Virus record (IMG/VR): IMGVR_UViG_3300028886_000078
Coordinates: 17,321 to 81,320 of that record
Reading direction: 5' to 3' (one strand)
Length of the DNA stretch: 64,000 bases
Origin: a virus
Taxonomy: Duplodnaviria; Caudoviricetes
Below, piece after piece: positions 53,681 to 63,654 of the stretch (positions within the stretch are counted from its first letter, which is position 1; each line of letters begins with the position of its first letter). A program made the translations under genes and the position numbers. A model generated the notes under the pieces. The model had not been told where the DNA came from. It worked only from the letters and a program-made list of their open reading frames with translations, and did not search any database.

Positions 53681-54217
53681 ATGTTAGAATACGATAAAAG
53701 AATTAAAAATGTTGATGTTAAAAACGCATTTTCAGACATGCAGGAAATAGAAAAACTCGTTGATACTGAGGGTTATTTCACATCTTACTATTCAGATTTC
53801 AGCAATCTTGAACTGTGTACATATGGTAATCTTGAACAAATTTCATGCAATGATAAACCATTTCAATGCAGTACAAACAGTTTATGCTACGCTTTCTTCT
53901 TGCCGGAAAAATGTGTTGTATCTAAAGAAAAAGAAAAAACTTATAAACCATTCACACTTGAAACTTTTCTTGAATGCTATAATAAGTATGACAGTCCATT
54001 CAGTACAGACTGGTTTCAAATACGCAATAAAAATCATAACGATGAAAGCAATTTATTATATTGCGGCTATCGTAATGCAAAGAATTGCCCTAAAGAAAAA
54101 TACATGGGAGATGGAATTTATTTAGGCGGCATATTCTATGATTTTAACTTGCTGTTTGAAATTTATGAGATTTTCTTAAACGATAAATGGCAGCCTTTTG
54201 GGATTGAGAAAGCATGA
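53681..54217 (+). CDS. KLDKRI/PFGVEE-family two-domain protein
   Basis: Ends WQPFGIEKA. Confidence 0.8.
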   Translation: MLEYDKRIKNVDVKNAFSDMQEIEKLVDTEGYFTSYYSDFSNLELCTYGNLEQISCNDKPFQCSTNSLCYAFFLPEKCVVSKEKEKTYKPFTLETFLECYNKYDSPFSTDWFQIRNKNHNDESNLLYCGYRNAKNCPKEKYMGDGIYLGGIFYDFNLLFEIYEIFLNDKWQPFGIEKA

Positions 54218-54691
54218 ACGCATCAAAAGATTTAGTATTTTTTAAAGCATTTGAATATGTTTCAATCTGCAATCCTGACAGTACCCTTTCGGATAATCTG
54301 AATGTACTTAAAAATCTACTTGCAACACCAGTAAATTTAAAGTATTTTGATAAAGAGCATGACTGGGAATACGCTTTTGATTATTTTGAAACAAAAGCAA
54401 TCTATGAGTTTCTTTGTGAAACCTTTACCGATGGTAACATGCTCATGAAAGACGTTCAAGTATATATGCATAATTATATGGTTTGCTGGTACGGTAAATA
54501 CTTCTGAGCGAGGGGGTTTCCATGGATTGTGATATATGGATATGTGCAGGTCTAACGTGTTTTCTTTCATTACTGTTTCTGTTGCTTGTTAATCTCTCTA
54601 TGAGAGATTACAAGAATGATGTACAAGTACTTTGCAAAGAATTAAAAGACAATACAAATCCAGCAATATTAAAAATCTGCGAGGGTGAAAA

Positions 54692-55198
54692 GTGAAATTA
54701 CAGTTTGATGATCAGATCGAAATTGGTTCAGTTTACGGTATCCATGATACAGATAAACTTGAAATCATTCCGGGGGTTAAAAAATATTTTTATGGCTCAA
54801 AGCACCTAGAGGATTTAGAAAATCTTGATAACTGCGTTCATGGAATATTATATCGGATTGATAACAATTCTGAATACCCTTATTTATTAAGTATCTCAAA
54901 AGATAAGATACTTATTGAGGAATGCCGATATATAGTAGATGCATGGGTTAAAAATGAAAACATGACTGTTCGTGAGTTCATTGAAACAAACCGAAATAAC
55001 TTAATCGGATATAAAATACGATTTGAGGATTTCGATGAGTACGAACTTTTTTATATAACTATGACCGCAGAAACAAATCTTGATAATATCAAGGATTCCT
55101 TATGCCAGCAATTACTGGATGATCTATTGATTGATATTATTGAATATAATGATGAAGAGGGCAAACTGATAATGCTGCAATCTAGGTGCGAATTATGA
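54692..55198 (+). CDS. Divergent KLDKRI N-domain fused to another domain
   Basis: NLDNCVHGILYRIDNNSEYPY resembles the family core; C-terminal MTVREFI domain. Confidence 0.55.
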   Translation: MKLQFDDQIEIGSVYGIHDTDKLEIIPGVKKYFYGSKHLEDLENLDNCVHGILYRIDNNSEYPYLLSISKDKILIEECRYIVDAWVKNENMTVREFIETNRNNLIGYKIRFEDFDEYELFYITMTAETNLDNIKDSLCQQLLDDLLIDIIEYNDEEGKLIMLQSRCEL

Positions 55199-55693
55199 AT
55201 GAATACGAAAATTTAAAGGAAATATGTAATTCTTGGGAAAAAGATGCTAAAAAACTTATAAATATAAGAAAAGATTCACAGTATCGTGACGAATTATTAC
55301 ATATTTTAACACTATTTAATGATGCCCGTGAGAGCATGTATGAATTGCTTTCCGAGGTTGATAGTGAAAACTAAAGGCACTTAACTTGCAGAAAAGTACA
55401 TAACTGATAATCCAAGATTATCTTATGAAACATTACATGACATGTCAGATGAAGATATTGAAAGTATTCTTAAAATGTATCTAAAAGATGACATAAAATG
55501 TCATATTTCAGAGTTTAGACACTGTATTCAAGAACATTTGTACGAACGCTTTCATAAGCTTGAAAATGATATAGAACGTTTATATGAAATCCTATACGAC
55601 TTCAAGGGTGATGATGAAAGCAGAAAAGTTCATAAAAGAGTCTTACAATATCTGCTAGAACTCAAACTGCACTGGGAACACCTAAAATAATAC

Positions 55694-55721
55694 AATCCGG
55701 CATTAAAAAGCCGGATTTTTC
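55694..55721 (+). terminator. Intrinsic terminator ending the accessory block
   Basis: aatccggc-N8-gccggatt followed by T-run. Confidence 0.75.
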
Positions 55722-55769
55722 ATTTAAAATGAGGTGAAAAACCCCTTTAGAAACGCATTTTACAGCATT

Positions 55770-56030
55770 TTACTTATATATTATATATAATGAATATATA
55801 AAAATTATTAAAAATCATGTAAAAAACAGCATGTTTTTAGTCTGAAAATAAGTTTTTGGGGTATTTAGATGGGTAAAATAACCCTAAAATACCCCAAAAC
55901 AGCATTCTAAATCATGTTTTAGTGGATTTTGAGTGAAATTCTAGTGATTTTAGAGTGATTTTTAATATTTTTTTATTATTAATGTTATATATTATATATA
56001 ATAAATATATAAAATTTATTAAAAACTGAT
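55770..56030. repeat. Second AT-rich non-coding module
   Basis: TTATATATTATATATAAT at 55774 and 55985. Confidence 0.65.
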
Positions 56031-56214
56031 GTTAAATCATCTGTAAGCAGTATTCCCAAGCAGTCCCCAAGTAATCCCTAGAATACAAAAAGAAAGCTGT
56101 CAAAAGCATTCCGAGATGGAGTGCTGCTGACAGCATAAATATGTAAAATATCATACACCTTTTACAGTGCATGATTATTATAATTCTGTATCAAACATGA
56201 CAAATTATGTCATG

Positions 56215-58014
56215 TTATTCAATATCTGATGTATCAAAATCACCTAATTTTAGAGCGTCTTCCGGTTGTTCGGTTTCTGGTTCCTCAGTAGGTTCTTCTT
56301 CTTTTTCCGGCTCTGTTTCCTTACGTCTATTACGTATATTGCGTCTAGGTTTTTCCTCTTTTGGTTCTTCCTCAGGAGTTTCCTCAGGTTCTTGTTCCGG
56401 TTCTTCCTCAGGTTCTTCAACTGAACCTTGAATACCACCCATATCAAAGATATCATTAAGATTTATATTAGATTTTTCCAAATCTGATAAATCGATTTCA
56501 CCCTCGCCATCTTCTAAAGGTGGATATAAAGTCTTTAAGAACGGATCGTGACGTTCAATCACAATCTTCTTAATATTATCAAGAATTTCCTTTTCATTAT
56601 AACCAAAGATACGTTTAAGAACATCTGTAACCGGCAGAACTTTACCGCACATATTTTCGTAAATCGAACCAAAGGCTTCAACTCTCGATGCAAAAATATC
56701 GAGTTTCATTTTTTCAATGAAAAGGTTATCATTTGTGAATTCAACGTTAATTCTATTATCTGCATTATTCCATTCATTTTCATTCATAATGCGTGAACTG
56801 ATTACTTCACGTTTTAAAATTTCCTTGATTGCTTTAGCATACACTTGACGGATACGTGAAATAAACATCATGAATTTAACATCTTCCTGTGTTGTTTCAG
56901 TAGCGTCATAAGCAAATGTATGATTTGCATCAGGGTCAATATCCATCTTTGATGATGGAACATTCAAAGAACGATACAGCTTTTTATTGAAGTAGATGAT
57001 ATCATCAAGATTACCTAATTCCCCTCTTTCATCGAGAAGTTCAACCTGTGTTCCTCTCGAACCGGAACGGTTTGCAAACCAGTAATCTTCAACCATAGAG
57101 ATTACATGCTGCTGATTTGAAATTTCACCGGTCTGGGTATCGTAAGATTTTTTATATCTGAAAGCATTCCTTAAATGATCGAGATATTCTTCACCTCTTT
57201 TAGATGGTAAATCCCCGATATCAACATTAAATACACGTCTTGAAATACTTCTTGAAAATCTTAACGGAACAAGCAAATCTTCTAAGGTTCTTAAAATATT
57301 TGCTGTTTTAGTACCGTATTCAAGGTATGATAAACATACATTATTATCATACAATCCGAAATCAACTCGAATGATTTCCTCTGCAGAATATTCAAAACGT
57401 TTATCAAATTCATTCAGATAAATTGTATCACTTGTAATGTTGTCATATCGCCATACATTCTTTTCAAAATCATAATATAAACCAACCGGGTCTAAGAGTT
57501 TAATTTTCTTAATACCTTTGTTTTGATTTTTCTTATCGTATGCTACATGCAAAACAATCTGACCATCGATATAGGTCTTTTTTACAAGTTCATAAAATGT
57601 TTTATTAAAATTACAAATACTGTAAATTTTATCAAAAGCTTTTTGAAAAGCTTCCTGCAACTGAGCATTTTCTTCAGTGTATTGAAGTTTAAAAATTACA
57701 TCTTCATAAGAAAATACTACTTCATTAACAATAGCATCAATAGCATTGTTTACATCAGGATTTGCCGCACAGTTACGGTATTCCTGTATTTTTCTTTTCT
57801 GTTTATCAAGTAATGTTTCTTTTGAGAAACCATTTAAAAGAGACTGAAATGAGTATGTTTCAGAATCATTTGTGCCATCGAAAAAATCATTAAATTTTGA
57901 ATAAAAATCATTATTTGTTAAATCGACAGAAACCTTGTACGGATGCACAATAGATGAATCCGAACTTTTCTTAGTTGAATTTAAAAATGATTTTACGACT
58001 TCATTTAATTTCAT
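56215..58014 (-). CDS. Portal vertex protein (T4 gp20-like)
   Basis: YIDG, LEDLLVPLRFSR...RRVFNVDIGDLP, MVEDYWF..R.GSRGT, LYRSLNVPSS; acidic tail. Confidence 0.95.
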   Translation of the reverse strand: MKLNEVVKSFLNSTKKSSDSSIVHPYKVSVDLTNNDFYSKFNDFFDGTNDSETYSFQSLLNGFSKETLLDKQKRKIQEYRNCAANPDVNNAIDAIVNEVVFSYEDVIFKLQYTEENAQLQEAFQKAFDKIYSICNFNKTFYELVKKTYIDGQIVLHVAYDKKNQNKGIKKIKLLDPVGLYYDFEKNVWRYDNITSDTIYLNEFDKRFEYSAEEIIRVDFGLYDNNVCLSYLEYGTKTANILRTLEDLLVPLRFSRSISRRVFNVDIGDLPSKRGEEYLDHLRNAFRYKKSYDTQTGEISNQQHVISMVEDYWFANRSGSRGTQVELLDERGELGNLDDIIYFNKKLYRSLNVPSSKMDIDPDANHTFAYDATETTQEDVKFMMFISRIRQVYAKAIKEILKREVISSRIMNENEWNNADNRINVEFTNDNLFIEKMKLDIFASRVEAFGSIYENMCGKVLPVTDVLKRIFGYNEKEILDNIKKIVIERHDPFLKTLYPPLEDGEGEIDLSDLEKSNINLNDIFDMGGIQGSVEEPEEEPEQEPEETPEEEPKEEKPRRNIRNRRKETEPEKEEEPTEEPETEQPEDALKLGDFDTSDIE

Positions 58015-58018
58015 ACAA

Positions 58019-58369
58019 TTACCTGATATTTAAAATTAGTTTCTTTTTAAGCATAAAGAAAGTATAAGTACGATCTTTAGAAACTATAACTATGCCGCTG
58101 TTAGAATATGTTACACTGCTGAAAACATCACCGTGATAGTTTTCAATCAGATTTTTAAAATCTGATGCAGTTAATCTGCTTTTTAATTTTTCAGTTATAG
58201 AATCCTTTTCAGTATCCATTAAAAAATGCTTAAATTTGATATAATCAATACCAAATCTTTCAGCAATAGTTTTTAACAAATCATCTTTCACATAGTCAAT
58301 CTGCATCCTAACAGATCCTTTGTCAAATGTCAAATTTGTTTTAATTTTATTAAATAATGAATACTTCAT
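58019..58369 (-). CDS. Hypothetical protein
   Basis: 116 aa in operon with the portal. Confidence 0.65.
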   Translation of the reverse strand: MKYSLFNKIKTNLTFDKGSVRMQIDYVKDDLLKTIAERFGIDYIKFKHFLMDTEKDSITEKLKSRLTASDFKNLIENYHGDVFSSVTYSNSGIVIVSKDRTYTFFMLKKKLILNIR

Positions 58370-58377
58370 GATAAATC

Positions 58378-58884
58378 CTAAGATCTGCGTCTAAGTTTAA
58401 CTATATGCCTACCTTTTTTAATCATCGCACGTCTTGACTTCTGATATGCTTTAATCTTACTTTTATTTATACGATAATATTTTTTACGTTTTACACGGTT
58501 CTTGCGGTTAAATCGCATTCTCTTTACTTTTTCTCTGCGTAAGGTTGCTTTTGATTTGCTCATAAACTTTCTGCGTTTATGATTTAAATGCGATGGCAGC
58601 ATTCTTCTTGATACGGACTCATCAAGTTCGGCTGGATATGATAAATCATCAAGTAATAGATTGATTATATCAAGTACTTCTTCTTCCTCACAGTTTTCAA
58701 GAATATCATAAATCATGCTCTTAACTTCAAACGAGGTTACAAAGTCGATTTCATCTTCTGCATCATAAAATGTTTCAAGAATATATTCAGCAAAATCCTG
58801 TAATTCAGTTATAGTTAACTGATTTATAGTATCCATCAAATTGTTTAATTTAAAATTTACTGCTAATCTTTGATCTAAGGTCAT
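58378..58884 (-). CDS. Putative prohead core protein (gp68-like architecture)
   Basis: Acidic N-half, LDE junction, very Arg/Lys-rich C-half; next to the portal. Confidence 0.5.
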   Translation of the reverse strand: MTLDQRLAVNFKLNNLMDTINQLTITELQDFAEYILETFYDAEDEIDFVTSFEVKSMIYDILENCEEEEVLDIINLLLDDLSYPAELDESVSRRMLPSHLNHKRRKFMSKSKATLRREKVKRMRFNRKNRVKRKKYYRINKSKIKAYQKSRRAMIKKGRHIVKLRRRS

Positions 58885-58895
58885 AATATCATTCC

Positions 58896-59783
58896 TTATA
58901 ATGTTTCAATGCCGTTATCTAAATCCTTGAACAAATCTGTATCTTTTGAAGTCTGCGGCATATACTCACGGTCAAATGATGATACGTGAGGGGTATTGTA
59001 TTTCAACTGCAGAACATTCTGATACAAATCTTCTACCGGCTCTGTATAGTATTTATCAAGATGCTCTAATGCTGTTTCTGTAATATTATTTTTTATATAT
59101 TTATTAATACTATTATCACTAATTTTAAAAATATTTTTACCCTGCACCTTTTTAAGATTCAAGTTGCCGGTATTTGAACCGATGGTACTCTGAATTGCTT
59201 TTAACAGTGCAATAACGGTTAACTGCCCGGTGATATTGATAACCTTAATATTTGCATTTGGATTGGTTATATAAATCTGTGACCAGCGATGATGACCGTC
59301 AACAATAAAATTATGATTGAATGTAACAATAGGTCTTTTGATAACTACACCGGTTTTTTCATCATCAAAACATACATCAATATTAGCCGGTTTAAAATTC
59401 TTTGCAGCACCGATAATAAAATCCAAGGATTCCCCAAGACCGATTTCATTCTGAGTAGGAACTAAAGTCTGCACCGGTAATACAGCTTGATTTATATTAA
59501 GATTAAGACTTGCAAAATTACCCCCGAAACCTAAAGAAAGTAAAAATTTTAATTTAGGTTCTTTTATAATATCATCGATAAAATCAATTGATTTTGTATA
59601 AGATGATTTGCGGATAGTATCTATAAGTTCATCATAAAATTTCAAAACCTCAGGACACTTTTGCTGTGCCTGTGATCTCGATAACTTTGAGATGTCTTTA
59701 GGTATTTTAAGTTTTTTAATATCTGCAATTGCATCCCTTGCAGTCATCTCATATAAGTATGAACGAAACGAATTAAAAATCAT
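58896..59783 (-). CDS. ParB/Srx N-terminal-like domain protein
   Basis: LVPTQ...PIV...IVDGHHRW; leader MIFNSFRSYLYE. Confidence 0.65.
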   Translation of the reverse strand: MIFNSFRSYLYEMTARDAIADIKKLKIPKDISKLSRSQAQQKCPEVLKFYDELIDTIRKSSYTKSIDFIDDIIKEPKLKFLLSLGFGGNFASLNLNINQAVLPVQTLVPTQNEIGLGESLDFIIGAAKNFKPANIDVCFDDEKTGVVIKRPIVTFNHNFIVDGHHRWSQIYITNPNANIKVINITGQLTVIALLKAIQSTIGSNTGNLNLKKVQGKNIFKISDNSINKYIKNNITETALEHLDKYYTEPVEDLYQNVLQLKYNTPHVSSFDREYMPQTSKDTDLFKDLDNGIETL

Positions 59784-59823
59784 TTATATACTACCTCAAT
59801 AATATAATACTGTGTTCAAAAAA

Positions 59824-60840
59824 TTATAAACTTCCACCCGGATTATTTGGAACATTCATAATAATATGCAGATAATATTTATATGTTTTGTCACCGTCAA
59901 TAACAGTAAAGATCATATCATATTCACCATTTGGGACCCAGCCTTCACAGATTTTAACACCATAATGATTTTCAGGGGTTGTATCATCAATATTATCACC
60001 TCTGATATTATTAACAATAACTGGATTATTATCAATATTTGAACAATTTTGAGTCCATCTTGATTTTATTGAAGATCTGTTTGAAACAACATCCCATGTT
60101 AAAGATTTTCCTTCTAATGCCGGGTCAAAACCACAGAACTGTTGATACGGTGTACCGGTTCCCGTTTTATTTGTGATTGTTATTGTTGAACCATTATCTG
60201 AATAAGTTCCTAAGTATCTTGTATTAAAATCAACCCAGAAAACAGTTGATTCAAACAAATCAGCATTTTTATAAATGTGAATATAATTTGAAGTAGTAGT
60301 AGCACCTTTAGAGTCAGTTACCTCAACACTTAAAACATAATCACCCATATTTGTATAACCGTTTGCGCCCGATTCGGGAACGTAACCGGAAAAACTGATT
60401 GTTGATCCTGAGGAAACATTTTCATAAGTTTTTATAGCGGTTTGATAAAAATTGTATGCTGAACCGGGTGTAGGGTTATTTTGAGTACAATAAATCTTGA
60501 CAGTTAAAAGATCATTATCAATATCTGTAACTGTAAATCTTAAAGAGTTCGTTTCACCGATAACACCACCGGTAATACCCGATGGATATGATAATATTTG
60601 AATAGCGGGACTATGATTTGCAACTTCTCGGCTAATAGCGGCTCTCAGATTTGAAACTTTAAATTTCCCAAGTTTATAGTTATAGCTGTTATATGTTATA
60701 ACAGCATTTTCATCACCGCTGAACAACGGAATATAATATGTAGAACCGTTTTTACTGCATATTATAGACGGTGTTGTTATGCGCTCTGAACTGTTCCAAA
60801 GGCTTTCTGTTATTCCATTTTTAGAAACTGTAAAATCCAT
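59824..60840 (-). CDS. Tail-fibre-associated protein with Ig-like domain
   Basis: NHSPAI...VTDIDND...VEVTDSKGAT Ig-like pattern; follows the fibre gene. Confidence 0.55.
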   Translation of the reverse strand: MDFTVSKNGITESLWNSSERITTPSIICSKNGSTYYIPLFSGDENAVITYNSYNYKLGKFKVSNLRAAISREVANHSPAIQILSYPSGITGGVIGETNSLRFTVTDIDNDLLTVKIYCTQNNPTPGSAYNFYQTAIKTYENVSSGSTISFSGYVPESGANGYTNMGDYVLSVEVTDSKGATTTSNYIHIYKNADLFESTVFWVDFNTRYLGTYSDNGSTITITNKTGTGTPYQQFCGFDPALEGKSLTWDVVSNRSSIKSRWTQNCSNIDNNPVIVNNIRGDNIDDTTPENHYGVKICEGWVPNGEYDMIFTVIDGDKTYKYYLHIIMNVPNNPGGSL

Positions 60841-60845
60841 TTATA

Positions 60846-63608
60846 TTAACCTATTGAAATAGTCCATCCATCAACTACAAGACTTCCTGTATTAACACTA
60901 TTTACCGAAATCGAATCATTAAGATTCATGGTAGTACCTGATAAATTCATATTTGTACCGGCAGAATACGTTGTATTGTGTGTGTTTATATAATCAATTA
61001 AACTTCCAATAGTATATTGTGAAGGGTGACAAGCATTTTGACTTATATCCAATGTCATTATATATGTCGCATCAGGATTAGTCCCATCACTCACTTTATA
61101 ATTAGGAATATTAACATTAAATTGCGTTCCATTTAAACTTAAACCCGTTCCAGCACTATACTTAGTATCTGTATTAGGATTTTGAGGTAATTTAGCTTTA
61201 ATAGCTAAACCCCCGACAGTACCTAAAGTAACCTCAGAATTCCATTGTAATGCTGAACTTCCAGCAGTACTTGTAACATTAAAGGTAGTTCCACTTAAAC
61301 TTAAACCGGTACCAGCATACATATTACATGAAGTCATATAGGTTTTTTCATCATAATATACAAACGATTTTTCAGTATTTTCATTATATATTCTTGAATA
61401 ATCCGCAACCTCATCAGATACTTTTCTGTTTGTTAAATACCATGAATTATTATTTGAATCATAAGCATAAATAACATTATTTAATGTATCATATATATCA
61501 TTTGAATTAAATAAACCATCAAAACGTTCAAGATACATAAAACCGTTTTGTGATAATAGCGATACACCCACACTGCTTTTATTTAAAAGCATATTCCTTA
61601 TATTGTTATAGGTATCTATAGCTAAGTTATCAGGCACGTCTGATGCGTTATACGTAAACGATATGCTATAATTATCTTCATTTATCTGTGAACCACGAAT
61701 ATTTAAAGTAGAGCCGTCCCTTTGAACTTCCATGTGGGCATATTTCATATACCAACCGTCATCTGTACCACCGGATTCACCATTTCCTTTATGAATAACT
61801 GTTATTTGTGAACGGGCATCATATAACATAACAGAAGTGGATTTTCCATAATCGTAGTATAAACCGCAAATGGTTGCTGCAGCATCTCTAATAAAAGATA
61901 AAGTATGCTCATTGCCTTGATTGTCTTTCATATAACCGCAGACAATACCAAACATATCATCATCTTTTAAATACCCAGCAGTACCAAATAATTGCTCAAA
62001 TTCTTCATCTGGACCACAGACTTTAATACCTAATGTATATTTTTTATACTTTCTGATTGATATAAAACCTGTATAAGTAACCGTGTTTACATTATTTGCA
62101 ATACGCATTTTGTTTTCATCAAACTGCCATCCTTGAAGATCTGTAAGTGCATTCCCCGTTGCATTTGATAAATTATATTGTGTATTGCCTGTATGTGAAA
62201 ATCTATACCATGTTTCAAAAACATCTTTTAATGTAGGTGGTTTGGTATTTAAAGCATTTTCCAAATCCTCGGCAGTATCCACCATATTTAAAAAATATTC
62301 TGTACATGTATTAGCATTACCGTTTAAATCACCATTTATTGTTTCATTAAAGGTTTTAATTCCATCAATAATTTGATTTGATGTTAAATCAACAACATTA
62401 GGATTATCAGTGAATGTTCCGGTTGAACCGTCAAGGCATGTATAACTAAATGTTAATCCCGAACGTGTAATGCTTTTAATTGCTTTAGACTGATCGTAAT
62501 TAGAAACATTTCCAAGACCTAAATCAGATTTAGATTGATGGGTGGTTAAATATCCTCTGTCATTTGCAAGTTCCGATACCTTTGTCGGAATTGTGGTTGT
62601 AACAGTCTTAGTTGAAATATTTGTTATTCTGCCTTTTGAATCAACTGTAATCAAAGGAACTTCAATCTGATATGTCTTTTGATTACTTATATCACTTGAC
62701 TGACCGTATGTACCGCTTACAACACCGCTGTTTGCAAGTACCGTTGAAATAGTCCAGTTACCTTTTGAAGATGCTGTGCCGGTTACATCACCACTTAATT
62801 CAATGGTTTTATTTTCCTTGAATTCATCTGCAGTTCTTGCATTACCGTCAATCAGGTGCAAATCTGTATCGTTTGCATGGGTATCAAGACTTGATTGCAA
62901 ATAATTAAAATTGTTTTGAATATCAATTTTTTCTTGACGTGAGGTATGAATATCCGTATTGTTTTTATGCGCTGTTAAATCATCATTAACGGCATCTATA
63001 CGGTTATTAACATTTGTAAAGGAATTTTGTATATCATTCTTCTGCTGTAATGAGGTATGGGCTTCTTCATCGGCAATATGCTCACGTAATGCATTTAACG
63101 CTGTTATTGCAGTCTGGGTATCATAATTGCTGATTTTCAGATAAGTCTGTGAAATATCATTACCATCATTATCACATTTTGCTTTTGTTGCAGAATCCGC
63201 AGTTACAGCTTTATTACATCTTTCAGCATAATTTGAACTGTATGCACTTGTAGCATATGCAGAAGTATCTGAAGTATGTGCAGTATCGGCTGAATTTGCA
63301 TGATTTGCATTGGTTGCTGTATCCGCAAGGATTGCATGATCTGCATCATTTGAATGAATTGCATATGTAATAGTGCCTTGCACCGTATTCGCAAAATTCC
63401 ATTCACCGTTTACATTTACATTTGAATTTATAATCTGGGTGGTTGTTGATGTTCTGTCAAGTTTTCCAGAAAGCTTTGTATTATAATCAATCTTAACATT
63501 ATCAATACCATTAGACAATATAACAAAGTTATTATTGACCTGCTCTCCCCAAGGGCTTTCGCTGATTTCCGGCAGATAGACACCATTTGTTAAATATGAC
63601 CCAGCCAT
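60846..63608 (-). CDS. Long tail fibre protein
   Basis: LSGDVTG, ITVDSKGRIT, PTKVSELAND, LGLGNV, repeated YSAGTGLSL; late promoter near 63640. Confidence 0.8.
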   Translation of the reverse strand: MAGSYLTNGVYLPEISESPWGEQVNNNFVILSNGIDNVKIDYNTKLSGKLDRTSTTTQIINSNVNVNGEWNFANTVQGTITYAIHSNDADHAILADTATNANHANSADTAHTSDTSAYATSAYSSNYAERCNKAVTADSATKAKCDNDGNDISQTYLKISNYDTQTAITALNALREHIADEEAHTSLQQKNDIQNSFTNVNNRIDAVNDDLTAHKNNTDIHTSRQEKIDIQNNFNYLQSSLDTHANDTDLHLIDGNARTADEFKENKTIELSGDVTGTASSKGNWTISTVLANSGVVSGTYGQSSDISNQKTYQIEVPLITVDSKGRITNISTKTVTTTIPTKVSELANDRGYLTTHQSKSDLGLGNVSNYDQSKAIKSITRSGLTFSYTCLDGSTGTFTDNPNVVDLTSNQIIDGIKTFNETINGDLNGNANTCTEYFLNMVDTAEDLENALNTKPPTLKDVFETWYRFSHTGNTQYNLSNATGNALTDLQGWQFDENKMRIANNVNTVTYTGFISIRKYKKYTLGIKVCGPDEEFEQLFGTAGYLKDDDMFGIVCGYMKDNQGNEHTLSFIRDAAATICGLYYDYGKSTSVMLYDARSQITVIHKGNGESGGTDDGWYMKYAHMEVQRDGSTLNIRGSQINEDNYSISFTYNASDVPDNLAIDTYNNIRNMLLNKSSVGVSLLSQNGFMYLERFDGLFNSNDIYDTLNNVIYAYDSNNNSWYLTNRKVSDEVADYSRIYNENTEKSFVYYDEKTYMTSCNMYAGTGLSLSGTTFNVTSTAGSSALQWNSEVTLGTVGGLAIKAKLPQNPNTDTKYSAGTGLSLNGTQFNVNIPNYKVSDGTNPDATYIMTLDISQNACHPSQYTIGSLIDYINTHNTTYSAGTNMNLSGTTMNLNDSISVNSVNTGSLVVDGWTISIG

Positions 63609-63654
63609 TTTAAATTCCTTTTTTGCTACACTTATAATATATTTATATTTTCTT

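Larger units (their letters stand above)
42923..55690 (+). other. Accessory gene block dominated by a tandem paralog family
   Basis: About 38 co-oriented ORFs, about 17 sharing the KLDKRI and/or PFGVEE domains. Confidence 0.85.

Noticed and set aside
43315-54217. Diversity-generating retroelement or integron behind the paralog array
   Set aside because: No reverse transcriptase or integrase in the window, no adenine-specific TR/VR pair, and no attC-like sites; the genes overlap directly.
56095-56180. tRNA gene
   Set aside because: Hairpins only, with no T-loop GTTCRA or cloverleaf; I recognised no tRNA or rRNA in the window.
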